Part shown: piece by piece, positions 28,537-38,166 of the stretch
Layout of the letters: every line of letters begins with the position of its first letter
How positions within the stretch are numbered: position 1 is the first letter of the stretch
Assembly: GCA_964552465.1 (NCBI GenBank)
Contig: CAZKGR010000003.1
Location: forward strand, 42,726 to 106,725
Origin: an uncultured bacterium
GTDB lineage: Bacteria > Electryoneota > Electryoneia > Electryoneales > Electryoneaceae
Direction of reading: 5' to 3'
Length of the DNA stretch: 64,000 nt
Position numbers and translations under genes: made by a program
Notes under the pieces: generated by a model
What the model was told of the DNA's origin: nothing
The model's database searches: none
The model's input: only the letters and a program-made list of their open reading frames with translations

Positions 28537-29716
28537 GAGCTATTCCCTCACGGCTACGAATTCTGAACAGCTCAGCCACTTCGAGTCCTCCGTGCCCGGC
28601 GTTTCCGCAGCCAAATACAAATCCTTCATCTTCGATCTCTTCAAACAGGATATCGAAGACTTCATCTGCTCTGCGCAAGCCTATTTTTCGCACTTTTTCC
28701 ACAGGGATACCGTATCGTCGCAAATGTGGGCTCAGCATGTCAGTGCTCTCACCCATGGACACGAGTTTATCAAACTTAATGTCGTTGCCGATCATTTCCG
28801 CTAGTTGCACACTGCGGTTGAACCGGTCGGCTCGTGTGTTCAGCATCAACACTCGGCGGCCAGTATTTGGGTACAATTCAGTAATCCTGCGCCATGTCAT
28901 CAGTGTGGACTCGGCATCATTGGCAGCCATACCGTTCAGGAAATGAACTGTTTTACCGTTGAGGCTGACAGTGAAGACCCGCAGAGCCCCTGGATCTGGA
29001 AATGCCTGTGCCATACCGGTCAGTGCAGTCTCTCGATCAACACCCAGGTGTTCGCAAACAGCAAGCGACAGCGCGACATTTGATGGGTGCTCAATGTAAC
29101 TGAATCGTCTCATGTCTTCGATGCTGACATTTAGTTCGTCGCTGACATGAACTTCTGAGTTCAATGGCTTTGCACGATCACGCAATATATCATTTAAAGA
29201 TGGATTTGTCTCGGCTGTGAAGAGGGGTGCGTCAACCGGGATGGTGTTTGCCAGTGAATTTGCGATGCTCTCGAGCGTGGCTCCCATCTCAATGGTGTGA
29301 TCGAGTCGCACATTGGTGAGCACTCCAACGGTTGATTGTACGAAGCGATGTTCGCACACCCATTGGTATGACGGTTGGACCGCCATACACTCTATGACGA
29401 CAGCTTTTGGTCTGAATCTGCTGAAAAATCGGAACACCTTTGTTTGTTCTATGATATTTACCGGGTGCAAACGGATGATAGGAACTTCGAGACCATGCTG
29501 ATTGATGATGCGTGGTTTAGTCCCGGTAACCTTGGCCATGGTACGGATTCCGCCAGCGCGGAGACCGGCGGCGATCAGACGAGTGACTGAACTTTTCCCA
29601 CGCGTACCATTGACATGGATGCGGATGGGTATATTGTGGACCCGGTTGTGGTGGGTGAAGTATTCGATCGCTCCATAGGCGATCATGAAAATCACCAGCA
29701 ATACAATGACCAGCAT
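28529..29716 (-). CDS. pgsB: poly-gamma-glutamate synthase PgsB/CapB (Mur-ligase-like)
   Basis: IRIHVNGTRGKSSVTRLIAAGL matches PgsB VNINGIRGKSTVTRLTTGIL (P-loop). ECMAVQP matches ECMAVNP, NGMAANDAEST matches NGFAANDASST, and the order is colinear throughout. Start chosen at the Met preceding the N-terminal TM helix. The ORF track extends to 29827. Confidence 0.85.
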   Translation of the reverse strand: MLVIVLLVIFMIAYGAIEYFTHHNRVHNIPIRIHVNGTRGKSSVTRLIAAGLRAGGIRTMAKVTGTKPRIINQHGLEVPIIRLHPVNIIEQTKVFRFFSRFRPKAVVIECMAVQPSYQWVCEHRFVQSTVGVLTNVRLDHTIEMGATLESIANSLANTIPVDAPLFTAETNPSLNDILRDRAKPLNSEVHVSDELNVSIEDMRRFSYIEHPSNVALSLAVCEHLGVDRETALTGMAQAFPDPGALRVFTVSLNGKTVHFLNGMAANDAESTLMTWRRITELYPNTGRRVLMLNTRADRFNRSVQLAEMIGNDIKFDKLVSMGESTDMLSPHLRRYGIPVEKVRKIGLRRADEVFDILFEEIEDEGFVFGCGNAGHGGLEVAELFRIRSREGIAHG

Positions 29717-29861
29717 GGCCCTTGTGGCCTCGTCAGAGTTCGCCCGTCTCCATGAAGGGGTGCAAATGCGCCATAAGATCGTGTATCGAACCTTTGAACG
29801 CAAGATAGAATCCAACATCCCTCGCATTTATCGGTTTCAACAAAGAAGGTAGGTTACTTAC

Positions 29862-30503
29862 GTGCAGGAAGCGAATACGCATGATGTTCTCATGAATTTC
29901 CGTTGGACCCTTGCCTCTGGTTCTCCCCGGCGCCTGGCCATTTTACGCCAAGTCGGTATTGATCCGTTCGTTCAAGTAGCGGATGTTGATGAGGAGCATA
30001 ACGGTGCTCCTGCTGAGCAACTGGGGCTACGCAACGCTGAGAGGAAATTAAGCGCTGTCTTACCAGATGTCAGCTCGGGATTTGTACTCGCAGCAGACAC
30101 GATGGTATTGCTGGACAAGGAGATTCTCGGCAAGCCGAGCACGGAGGAAGCCGCGCTGGTGTCTCTGCGTTCCTTGCGGAATCGTACCCATAGAGTGATC
30201 ACAGCGTGGGCGTTGCATTATGTAGAGTCGAATGTGCGTCGGACGGGTGTGGAGTCGACGGATGTTCGGATGCGGGCAGTGTCTGACGATGAACTGTTGT
30301 CTTATGTGCGAACAGGAGAGCCAATGGACAAGGCTGGCGCTTATGGGATTCAAGGAGCTGCTGCAGCCTTTGTTGAAGCGATCAATGGATGTTACTTTAA
30401 TGTTGTCGGATTACCGATCTCGCGAATCTTGCGGGAAGCGGCAGCCATTCTGGATTTACCTACTCCAGTTTCAATCGGTGGAGAGGACGCTGTTCATGAC
30501 TGA
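29862..30503 (+). CDS. maf: Maf family nucleotide pyrophosphatase (septum formation protein Maf)
   Basis: LASGSPRRLAILRQVGI N-terminus. 213 aa. GTG start with a GAAGGTAGG RBS. Confidence 0.8.
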   Translation: MQEANTHDVLMNFRWTLASGSPRRLAILRQVGIDPFVQVADVDEEHNGAPAEQLGLRNAERKLSAVLPDVSSGFVLAADTMVLLDKEILGKPSTEEAALVSLRSLRNRTHRVITAWALHYVESNVRRTGVESTDVRMRAVSDDELLSYVRTGEPMDKAGAYGIQGAAAAFVEAINGCYFNVVGLPISRILREAAAILDLPTPVSIGGEDAVHD

Positions 30504-31470
30504 ACCGAAGTTTCAGGAATCCAAGCGTGAGCTTTGTGACGATCTGGTTGCTGCTCGAGAGGCCAGGGGATTGGATCTGGCGAAGATCTCTGAGCGCACC
30601 AAAATCAGCATGGACTACCTGATAAATCTCGAGTCGGGAGAGTGGGCGTTCCTGCCTGCTAGTTATGTCCGAGCGTTCCTGCGAACGTACGCGCAGACAG
30701 TCGGCCTGGATATTGGGAATGTTTTGGACCGGTATGACAATATCATCGGTACAGCTCCATCAACAACACCCAAACCAGCAATCCCTGACTCAGATTATGG
30801 AAAACGTTCGCGCAGTGACTCCCGCTCATCAGCTCCCAAGTTCACCCTGGCTGACGATTCACGAAGCAGTGGTAGTGAATTCGAGCTATCTCCGGCAATG
30901 ATCTATACCGGAGTCGGTGTCGTCATTGTTGCTATTCTATTTGCCATATGGTTCTTCCTGATCTCGCCAAACTTGGATAGCCGGGACCAGGATGTCAGCG
31001 AAATCCCATTTGAAGAAGTCGTACGAGAAACACAGGGCTCGGATACACAAGCTGACCTGAATGATGAGACTATTGAAATGGATGAAGGAAGTGATCAGGT
31101 TAGCGGATCACCAGCGAACACCTCAGAAAGCGCACGACCGGGTGAGCTCACCGCAATAGAATCCGATTCCGCTCCTGGCTCGACCTCTCCATCCCTGACT
31201 CTGGTAGCGAATGTGAACCAGCCGTGTTACGTACGTGTGACAGCAGACCACGATACATCGAATGTCATCGACACCATTTTGAGTACCGGATCCAGCCGCA
31301 GTTTTGCAGCTGATTCAGTGTTTCGCGTTGTAATCGGGAACACGAATGGCGTTGAATTACTGCTTAACAACCGGCGTTTGCAGAATATTGGTGCGCGTGG
31401 ACGAGTGGTTACGTTGACAATTGACCGTGCAGGTATCCGCAGGGCAGAAGCAGGAAACCGTGATCTTTGA
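30496..31470 (+). CDS. RodZ-like protein (XRE HTH, single TM, C-terminal DUF4115-like domain)
   Basis: HTH (LDLAKISERTKISMDYLINLESGEW). TM (VGVVIVAILFAIWFFLI). C-terminal NVNQPCYVRVTADHD...VVIGNTNGVELLLNN. The start overlaps the maf stop by 8 nt, with a GGTGGAGAGGA RBS. Confidence 0.65.
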   Translation: MTEPKFQESKRELCDDLVAAREARGLDLAKISERTKISMDYLINLESGEWAFLPASYVRAFLRTYAQTVGLDIGNVLDRYDNIIGTAPSTTPKPAIPDSDYGKRSRSDSRSSAPKFTLADDSRSSGSEFELSPAMIYTGVGVVIVAILFAIWFFLISPNLDSRDQDVSEIPFEEVVRETQGSDTQADLNDETIEMDEGSDQVSGSPANTSESARPGELTAIESDSAPGSTSPSLTLVANVNQPCYVRVTADHDTSNVIDTILSTGSSRSFAADSVFRVVIGNTNGVELLLNNRRLQNIGARGRVVTLTIDRAGIRRAEAGNRDL

Positions 31471-31531
31471 TCATAAAATTAGAAAAGGCCACCGGACAGC
31501 TCCGATGGCCTGAAATGACTCAGCTATTCCA

Positions 31532-32146
31532 CTATTTGTAGAATTTGATCGAACAGCCGACCGATTTTGACTTCGTTGTAGTAATCGCCTGTCCGTTGGT
31601 ATTCGCTGTCAGCGCATCCTGTAGATACGTTTTTGACACACCGTCTGCATCTTGTGCGTTATCATCCAATGCGCCGTGGTAGATGAGAATTCCTTCTGCA
31701 TCGAATAGGAAAAATTCCGGAGTTCGTTTCGCACCAAACGCCAGCGCCAACTTCGATCCTTCATCAACGACATACGGGTACATCATGCCCGCGTTTTTCG
31801 CACGGTTCTGATTGGCCTCGAAGCCATCGTCCTTGTACTCGCTAGGATCATTGGGATTAATCGCGATGACACCATAGCCTGCTTTCATGGCTTCATTCGC
31901 AGTGGCAACGGTGCGTTCTTCCCATGCTTTCACATATGGACAATGATTGCAAGTGAAGATAACGAGGGTTCCCTTAGCGCCTGACACACTTGCAAGCGAT
32001 ACCGTGGACCCGTCGATATTTTTCATCTCGGTATCAACCATCGGCATTGCTGCACCGATTTCCAAACTACCGGCCAATCCACTTGGAGGGAGGATGCCTG
32101 TGATACCTATGATGACTGCAAGTAAAACCAAATTACGAACTTGCAT
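31532..32146 (-). CDS. secreted thioredoxin-fold protein (CxxC redoxin-like)
   Basis: Signal peptide. CNHCPYV CxxC motif in a thioredoxin-like context. 204 aa. Confidence 0.6.
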   Translation of the reverse strand: MQVRNLVLLAVIIGITGILPPSGLAGSLEIGAAMPMVDTEMKNIDGSTVSLASVSGAKGTLVIFTCNHCPYVKAWEERTVATANEAMKAGYGVIAINPNDPSEYKDDGFEANQNRAKNAGMMYPYVVDEGSKLALAFGAKRTPEFFLFDAEGILIYHGALDDNAQDADGVSKTYLQDALTANTNGQAITTTKSKSVGCSIKFYK

Positions 32147-32204
32147 GTGTTGTTCTCCGTTGCACTGTTACGATTATCTATTGGATTGTGTTTCTGCGCG
32201 ATAC

Positions 32205-32732
32205 TCACTCAAGATCGGTCAGGAGCTTACTGACTTCTTCGTAGGTCAGTTTTCCATCCCAGGTTTGAATTACGTTCGCTTCAGCTCCGAAAAGGATACT
32301 GAAGGGTAATGCACCTGACCAGTTTGGATCAATCTGATTAATGAACTCCTCATCCTGCTGGTTCTTGATATAGGACTCAAAGTTTACACCTAAAGATCCC
32401 AGAAAGTTCTCAGCCGTCTGGCTCTCGCGAGCAAAATCCGCTGAGACGAGGACCAGTTTGAATCCTCGATCCATGAATTCACTACGTAAACGCAATAGAT
32501 CCGGCATCTCCTCGCAGCAGGGCTGGCACCACGTCGCCCAAATATTTACCAGCACTGGACCGGAGTCGTGTCCCTTGACGATCTCCAGTATGTCAGCGGC
32601 AGACACTGGTTGGAGTTGTGGAGCTTGCTTCGTGTTCAACTCTTCAGCGCGCGCTGACAGTTGCATGATGGCGGACAGGATCAGTGACAGCATTGCGATC
32701 CTGAACGCCAATCTATAACTGGTATATGCCAA
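32205..32732 (-). CDS. TlpA family thiol-disulfide oxidoreductase
   Basis: Signal peptide. WATWCQPCCEEMP (WCxxC). 175 aa. Confidence 0.75.
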   Translation of the reverse strand: MAYTSYRLAFRIAMLSLILSAIMQLSARAEELNTKQAPQLQPVSAADILEIVKGHDSGPVLVNIWATWCQPCCEEMPDLLRLRSEFMDRGFKLVLVSADFARESQTAENFLGSLGVNFESYIKNQQDEEFINQIDPNWSGALPFSILFGAEANVIQTWDGKLTYEEVSKLLTDLE

Positions 32733-32890
32733 GAGAAAAGTCCGTTGGATGACCCGATATTTCCACGACTATATCTTACTTACTAGCTTTCAGCTATCAG
32801 AGTTTCCTGTTACTGTCTCTGAAGAGGCAGGGAGCCTGAATTCCTTTGATCATTTGGTACCATAGATGAATTTGGATACTCTCCTAACCT

Positions 32891-33817
32891 ATGCACCGAT
32901 TTCTCAGACTAATCCCGATTTTCGCAGCATTCGCTTACGCCTGGGCAGCAATATTCATTCGCTGGTCGGAGCCTGCTGGTCCGCTCGCAATTGCGTTCTA
33001 CCGGATGCTGGTCGCGACCGCTTTCTGGCTTCCATTTTTCATTTATCAGAAATCACAAGCCAAGCGCACTTCACCGACCAGGCGACAGTGGTGGTACATG
33101 TTGCTTGCGGGTGTTTTTCTCTGCCTGCATTTTGCCACCTGGACCACTTCACTGGTTTACACCTCAGTATCATCGGCAGTATTCCTGATCCTCACTCAAC
33201 CCATCATGGTCGCGGTTGCTGCACATTTCATCCTCGGTGAACGATTGACACTACTGCACTGGATTGCTCTTGTGTTTGCTGTTTTGGGTGCGGGGATAAT
33301 CTTCAATGGTGATATCTCGATATCCCGGGAGCATTTGTTCGGGGATGTTCTGGCTTTGATAGGCGCTTTCTTCTCAGGAGCATATTTTTTCATGGCGCGT
33401 TTGGCTCGTCCTGATACCCAGAATGGAACACCGGGAGTCTATCTCGCAACTTATCTGGCTCCTGTTTATGGATTATCAGCAGTCGGATTGTTGATCATCA
33501 CTCTGGCGTTTGGTGAATCGCTGGGGCCATTTCCGAGGGAGTCATGGCTCGCGATGCTGGGTTTGGGATTGATTCCGACAGTGATCGGACACAGCCTGTT
33601 CAATTACTCGCTCAAGCACTTAAGCGCCCTGTCAGTAAACATCGCGTTGGTGATTGAACCGGTAGGGGCGAGCATTCTGGCTATCTTTCTGTTCAGCGAA
33701 AGCCCGACTACAGGATTACTTGTTGGTTCACCATTTCTCATTGTCGCGGTGGTGATGATCTTTTTCCGTCCGCCGCTGATAAAATCTATCAGCTCTGTCA
33801 CCCCTCCAGCGAGTTGA
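32891..33817 (+). CDS. DMT superfamily (EamA-like) transporter
   Basis: 10 TM helices in two EamA-like halves. 308 aa. Confidence 0.7.
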   Translation: MHRFLRLIPIFAAFAYAWAAIFIRWSEPAGPLAIAFYRMLVATAFWLPFFIYQKSQAKRTSPTRRQWWYMLLAGVFLCLHFATWTTSLVYTSVSSAVFLILTQPIMVAVAAHFILGERLTLLHWIALVFAVLGAGIIFNGDISISREHLFGDVLALIGAFFSGAYFFMARLARPDTQNGTPGVYLATYLAPVYGLSAVGLLIITLAFGESLGPFPRESWLAMLGLGLIPTVIGHSLFNYSLKHLSALSVNIALVIEPVGASILAIFLFSESPTTGLLVGSPFLIVAVVMIFFRPPLIKSISSVTPPAS

Positions 33818-34004
33818 CATGCATGTCATACTTCTTTGGGTACATTCTAGAATAACTCACTGTTGACAGGGTATGGAACCGATTATTAGGATGTATTAAC
33901 TTTTCTCTTGCAGCAGTTCCACGCTCACGCTACCTTTGCGTCAACACTGATAATACCTCTTGCTGAACAGCATCTTCAGGTCAGGGATACACACGGATAC
34001 TCGG

Positions 34005-34985
34005 ATGTATACGAAAAAATGGCTGGTAGTCTTCTGCACATTCATAGTGGTGATTTTGGTCGGCTGTACCGGGCCGAAGAGCAGTGACGGAACTGTCTCG
34101 AGTGGAAAACTCTCAATCGTTGCTACCACGGCGATGATTGCTGATGTGGCGGTGAATGTTGGTGGAGATCATGTAGCGGTCACCGCCTTGATGGGACCGG
34201 GATCTGACCCCCACCTGTTCAACGCCAGCGCTGGGGATGTGAGCCGGATGAGGGATGCAGATTTGATCCTGCACAACGGTTTACATCTGGAAGGAAAACT
34301 TGACCAGGTTTTTGAGGCGGTGTCCAGGAGCAAAACGGTTATCGCTGTTGCGGAGCATGTCCCTGAGGATCGTCGACTAAGCAGCAATGACGATAGTCAA
34401 ATACCAGATCCTCACGTGTGGTTTGATGTCGCACGGTGGATATATGTCCTGGAAGCTGTGGAAGCAGCCCTGATCGAGCTTGATCCTGATCATCATGACT
34501 CATACTCCAGCAACTCTGCTGCGTATCGTGATTCGCTGGTGGCGCTGGATAAGTGGGTTCACGAAACTCTGGCAGTTATTCCAGATAACAGGCGTGCTCT
34601 GATCACAGCACATGACGCGTTTGCGTATTTTGCAGACGCGTACGACTTCGAAGTATATGGACTTCAGGGAATCAGTACCGTCAGTGAAGCGGGCACCGGG
34701 GATATGCGTCGTATCGCCAATCTGATTGTTGAGCGGGACATCCCGGCGATTTTCGTTGAGAGTTCTGTTCCGACAAAGGCCATCGAAGCGGTACAAGCGT
34801 CTGTGCAGGCCAAAGGACACACTGTCACAGTTGGCGGCGAGTTGTTCAGTGACGCTATGGGATTACCAGGCACACCGGAAGGAACTTATATCGGGATGGT
34901 ACGTCACAATGTCCAAACGATAATGAACAGTCTGACCACTGAAACGGAACGATCAAAGCAGGATGAAATACATGTCATTGACTGA
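34005..34985 (+). CDS. metal ABC transporter substrate-binding lipoprotein (Zn/Mn TroA/ZnuA family)
   Basis: Lipobox LVGCTG. ZnuA/TroA-like fold (His-containing metal site region, GPGSDPHLF). 326 aa. Confidence 0.8.
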   Translation: MYTKKWLVVFCTFIVVILVGCTGPKSSDGTVSSGKLSIVATTAMIADVAVNVGGDHVAVTALMGPGSDPHLFNASAGDVSRMRDADLILHNGLHLEGKLDQVFEAVSRSKTVIAVAEHVPEDRRLSSNDDSQIPDPHVWFDVARWIYVLEAVEAALIELDPDHHDSYSSNSAAYRDSLVALDKWVHETLAVIPDNRRALITAHDAFAYFADAYDFEVYGLQGISTVSEAGTGDMRRIANLIVERDIPAIFVESSVPTKAIEAVQASVQAKGHTVTVGGELFSDAMGLPGTPEGTYIGMVRHNVQTIMNSLTTETERSKQDEIHVID

Positions 34986-35844
34986 CAACAGGGAGTCAGA
35001 AACGTCTCAACATGATCAGGGCGCTCAATCGCTCGCGGTCACTGTGAACGATCTCACGGTTGCTTATCGCAGCAAGCCTGTGCTCTGGGACATTGATCTG
35101 AATGTCCCATCTGGCGTGTTGATGGCGATTCTCGGACCTAATGGTGCAGGGAAGACCACGCTGCTCAAAGCCATGCTGGGATTGATCCCACCCGCCGCTG
35201 GCCATGTGAAGATTCTCGATCGGTCCTACCATGAAGTCCACAAGCGCGTCGGTTACGTTCCACAACGTGGCAGCGTGGACTGGGACTTTCCGACGACAGT
35301 GCTCGATGTAGTCACCATGGGCGCATACGGTCGTATTGGATGGTTCAAGCGCCCCAGTAAGACGGATAGGGGGGACGCTCTCGCTGCACTCGGACGAGTT
35401 GGAATGGATGCCTTCGCCAACCGTCAGATCAGCCAGCTTTCTGGAGGGCAGCAGCAACGGGTGTTTCTCGCCCGCGCGTTGCTCCAGAACGCTGATATCT
35501 ATTTCATGGACGAACCGTTTCAGGGCGTAGATGCAACCACCGAGCGTGCGATTATTGCAATCTTGCATGAAATCAAGGACGCCGGTAAAACAGTGATAGT
35601 AGTTCATCACGACTTGCAGACCGTGGAAGAATACTTCGATTGGGCATTGCTGCTGAATGTGCGCGCGATTGCCAGCGGACCGGTGAACGACGTGTTTACC
35701 GCTGATTTATTACGCCAGACTTACGGTGGCAAGATCAGTTTCATCGAAGACATGCAGCGGTACCGTCTAGGTGAGGATGAAGCGGCAGTTCGCTCAAGTG
35801 CGCACGATTTACCACCTTGGGAAGAGTGGGGGAACGAAGGGTGA
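34972..35844 (+). CDS. metal ABC transporter ATP-binding protein
   Basis: Walker A GPNGAGKTT. Signature LSGGQQQRVFLARAL. Walker B IYFMDEPF. Confidence 0.9.
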   Translation: MSLTDNRESETSQHDQGAQSLAVTVNDLTVAYRSKPVLWDIDLNVPSGVLMAILGPNGAGKTTLLKAMLGLIPPAAGHVKILDRSYHEVHKRVGYVPQRGSVDWDFPTTVLDVVTMGAYGRIGWFKRPSKTDRGDALAALGRVGMDAFANRQISQLSGGQQQRVFLARALLQNADIYFMDEPFQGVDATTERAIIAILHEIKDAGKTVIVVHHDLQTVEEYFDWALLLNVRAIASGPVNDVFTADLLRQTYGGKISFIEDMQRYRLGEDEAAVRSSAHDLPPWEEWGNEG

Positions 35845-36953
35845 ACCCGCTCGAGTGGCTGACAGACTACACTCTGCGCACCGTAATTCTCGGTTCGGCG
35901 ATCCTTGGCGCTACCAGTGGTGCGCTGGGTGCGTTTGCCGTGCTCAGGCGTCAAGCGTTACTCGGGGACGCAGTCGCTCACGCCACACTACCTGGCATTG
36001 TACTTGCATTTGTGCTGACTGGCTCGAAAGCACCGCTGATCCTGCTGATTGGCGCGGCATTGACCGGTTGGTTTGCCACCCTGCTGATTCTGCTGATACT
36101 TCGACAGACACGTATTCGTGAGGATGCCGCGCTGGGCATTTCGCTCTCAGTTTTCTTCGGACTGGGGATCATGTTGCTCTCGTGGGTGCAGAAATTACCA
36201 GTTGCCAACAAGGCGGGTTTGGATCGTTTTCTGTTTGGACAGGCGGCTGCGTTAATGGAGGCGGATGTGATCATGATGAGCGTATTTGCGGTGCTCATCC
36301 TGGTTTCAGTAGTGCTGTTCTGGAAAGAGTTCAAGCTGTTGTCATTCAATCCTGAGTACGGATCAACGCTCGGCCTGCCGATGCGTCGGCTGGATATCGT
36401 GCTCACGGGTTTGATAGTGGTTTCGATTGTGCTCGGCTTGCAGATGGTTGGCGTGGTGCTGATGAGCGCAATGTTGCTCGCACCAGCGGCTGCCGCACGT
36501 CAATGGACTGATCGCCTGGCTGTTATGGTACTGCTTTCCGCTGGATTTGGTGCGGTGGCCGGTACGACTGGCACCATGCTCAGCGCAACGATTGAACGTC
36601 TGCCCACCGGTCCGTCGATCATCGTCGTCGTCAGTGTGATTGTTGTGGTATCTCTGCTGTTTGCGCCAGCCCGCGGTCTGTTCTGGGAATGGAGACGTCG
36701 GTTTGCACAGCGTCGTCGCTTTGCTAGCGAAACGGCGTTGGTCAATCTGTATCAGTTGGCAGTTCAGCATGAGACTGTGCAACATCCTCACGACATTAAA
36801 GCAATTGAAGTGATGATGGGGGAACGCGCGACCGCAGCGTTGAAAAAGTTGCGGCAGCAGGGTTGGGTGGATTCAAGCGATGATCAGTTGTGGACGCTTA
36901 CGGAAAGTGGTGAGCAACGGGCCCGGAAACTGATATTGCGGAAGATGCACTGA
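35841..36953 (+). CDS. metal ABC transporter permease (ABC-3 family) with C-terminal DtxR-like winged-helix extension
   Basis: ABC-3 permease core. The roughly 85-aa C-terminal tail LTESGEQRARKLILRKMH resembles the DtxR N-terminal HTH (MTPTGRTLATAVMRKHRL). GTG start overlaps the upstream stop. Confidence 0.75.
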   Translation: MNPLEWLTDYTLRTVILGSAILGATSGALGAFAVLRRQALLGDAVAHATLPGIVLAFVLTGSKAPLILLIGAALTGWFATLLILLILRQTRIREDAALGISLSVFFGLGIMLLSWVQKLPVANKAGLDRFLFGQAAALMEADVIMMSVFAVLILVSVVLFWKEFKLLSFNPEYGSTLGLPMRRLDIVLTGLIVVSIVLGLQMVGVVLMSAMLLAPAAAARQWTDRLAVMVLLSAGFGAVAGTTGTMLSATIERLPTGPSIIVVVSVIVVVSLLFAPARGLFWEWRRRFAQRRRFASETALVNLYQLAVQHETVQHPHDIKAIEVMMGERATAALKKLRQQGWVDSSDDQLWTLTESGEQRARKLILRKMH

Positions 36954-38062
36954 TGAATACCGCTTACGTTGAAATCCTGATCACAGCCATTCTGGCGACC
37001 ACGGCTTGCGTAATACCGGGTGTATTTCTCGTGTTACGTCGAACGGCGATGCTCACCGATGCGATTTCACACTCGGTTCTATTCGGAATCGTGATCGTAT
37101 TTCTGCTAGTGCAGGATTTGACTCACCCAGCACTCATCATCGGTGCAGCGTTGACTGGATTATTGACCGTTGGGCTGGTCGAATTGCTGAATCGAACCGG
37201 GCGGGTGCATACGGATACGGCTATAGGATTGGTATTTCCGTTGCTCTTCAGCCTCGCAGTTATCATGATCACGCGATATGCGGGCAATGTTCACCTCGAT
37301 ACTGATTCCGTTCTCTCAGGGGAGATCGCGTTTGTTCCCTTTCACCGATTAGTGGTGGGTGGGGTGGACATAGGGCCGAAACCAGCGTGGGTACTGGGTG
37401 GTGTGCTGCTGATGAACGCGCTGTTCGTCACGTTGTTCTACAAGGAGCTCAAGGTTTCGACGTTTGATCCGGAACTGGCCGCCGCGCAGGGATTTCATCC
37501 AAAGACCATTCACTACGCGCTAATGACCCTCGTGTCGTTGACTGTGGTGGCAGCGTTTGAGACGGTCGGGAGCCTGCTGGTGATCGCATTACTAATCGTC
37601 CCGGCCGCGACTGCGTTTCTGTTGACCAACCGACTCGCTGTGATGTTACTACTGGGTGTTGCAGCCGGTGCTGTTTCAGCGATAGGAGGATTCGCTACGG
37701 CTGTCCAACTGGATGTGTCGATATCGGGGAGCATTGTCGTTGCAGGCGGAGTACTATTCCTGCTGGTGCTGATGCTGGCACCGAAACGTGGATTGCTCTC
37801 GATTCTGCGGATGCGCAGACGGCAACGGGTTGATTTTGCTGGCAACATGCTTGCGGTTCATTTGCTCAACCACCAGCATTCCGGTGATCGCAGTGAATCC
37901 TGCACTCCCGAGAATTTGTCGCAGTCGTTGAATTGGTCAGTCGCATATGCTGACGGTGCATGCCGGAATCTGCAGGCCCGACGTCTGGTATCTGATGTTA
38001 GTGGTAAGATGCAACTGACTGACAAGGGAACTGAAGTCGCTCGGGCGACAATGATGCTGTAG
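36953..38062 (+). CDS. metal ABC transporter permease (ABC-3 family) with C-terminal DtxR-like extension
   Basis: Second permease. C-terminal tail carries LTDKGTEVARATMML, similar to the DtxR HTH. Confidence 0.75.
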   Translation: MNTAYVEILITAILATTACVIPGVFLVLRRTAMLTDAISHSVLFGIVIVFLLVQDLTHPALIIGAALTGLLTVGLVELLNRTGRVHTDTAIGLVFPLLFSLAVIMITRYAGNVHLDTDSVLSGEIAFVPFHRLVVGGVDIGPKPAWVLGGVLLMNALFVTLFYKELKVSTFDPELAAAQGFHPKTIHYALMTLVSLTVVAAFETVGSLLVIALLIVPAATAFLLTNRLAVMLLLGVAAGAVSAIGGFATAVQLDVSISGSIVVAGGVLFLLVLMLAPKRGLLSILRMRRRQRVDFAGNMLAVHLLNHQHSGDRSESCTPENLSQSLNWSVAYADGACRNLQARRLVSDVSGKMQLTDKGTEVARATMML

Positions 38063-38166
38063 TCCAGTGTCACATCTAGCCCGTTGCGTCGTACCTTTCC
38101 ACGCATGATTTAACAAACAATCCATCCAGCCTGACCCGGCTGGATGTTGCATTCATGGAATAACAA

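Noticed and set aside
30232-30495. Long N-terminal extension of the RodZ-like ORF (ORF-track start at 30232)
   Set aside because: It would overlap maf by about 270 nt. The internal ATG at 30496 has a strong RBS, and the conserved HTH begins right after it.
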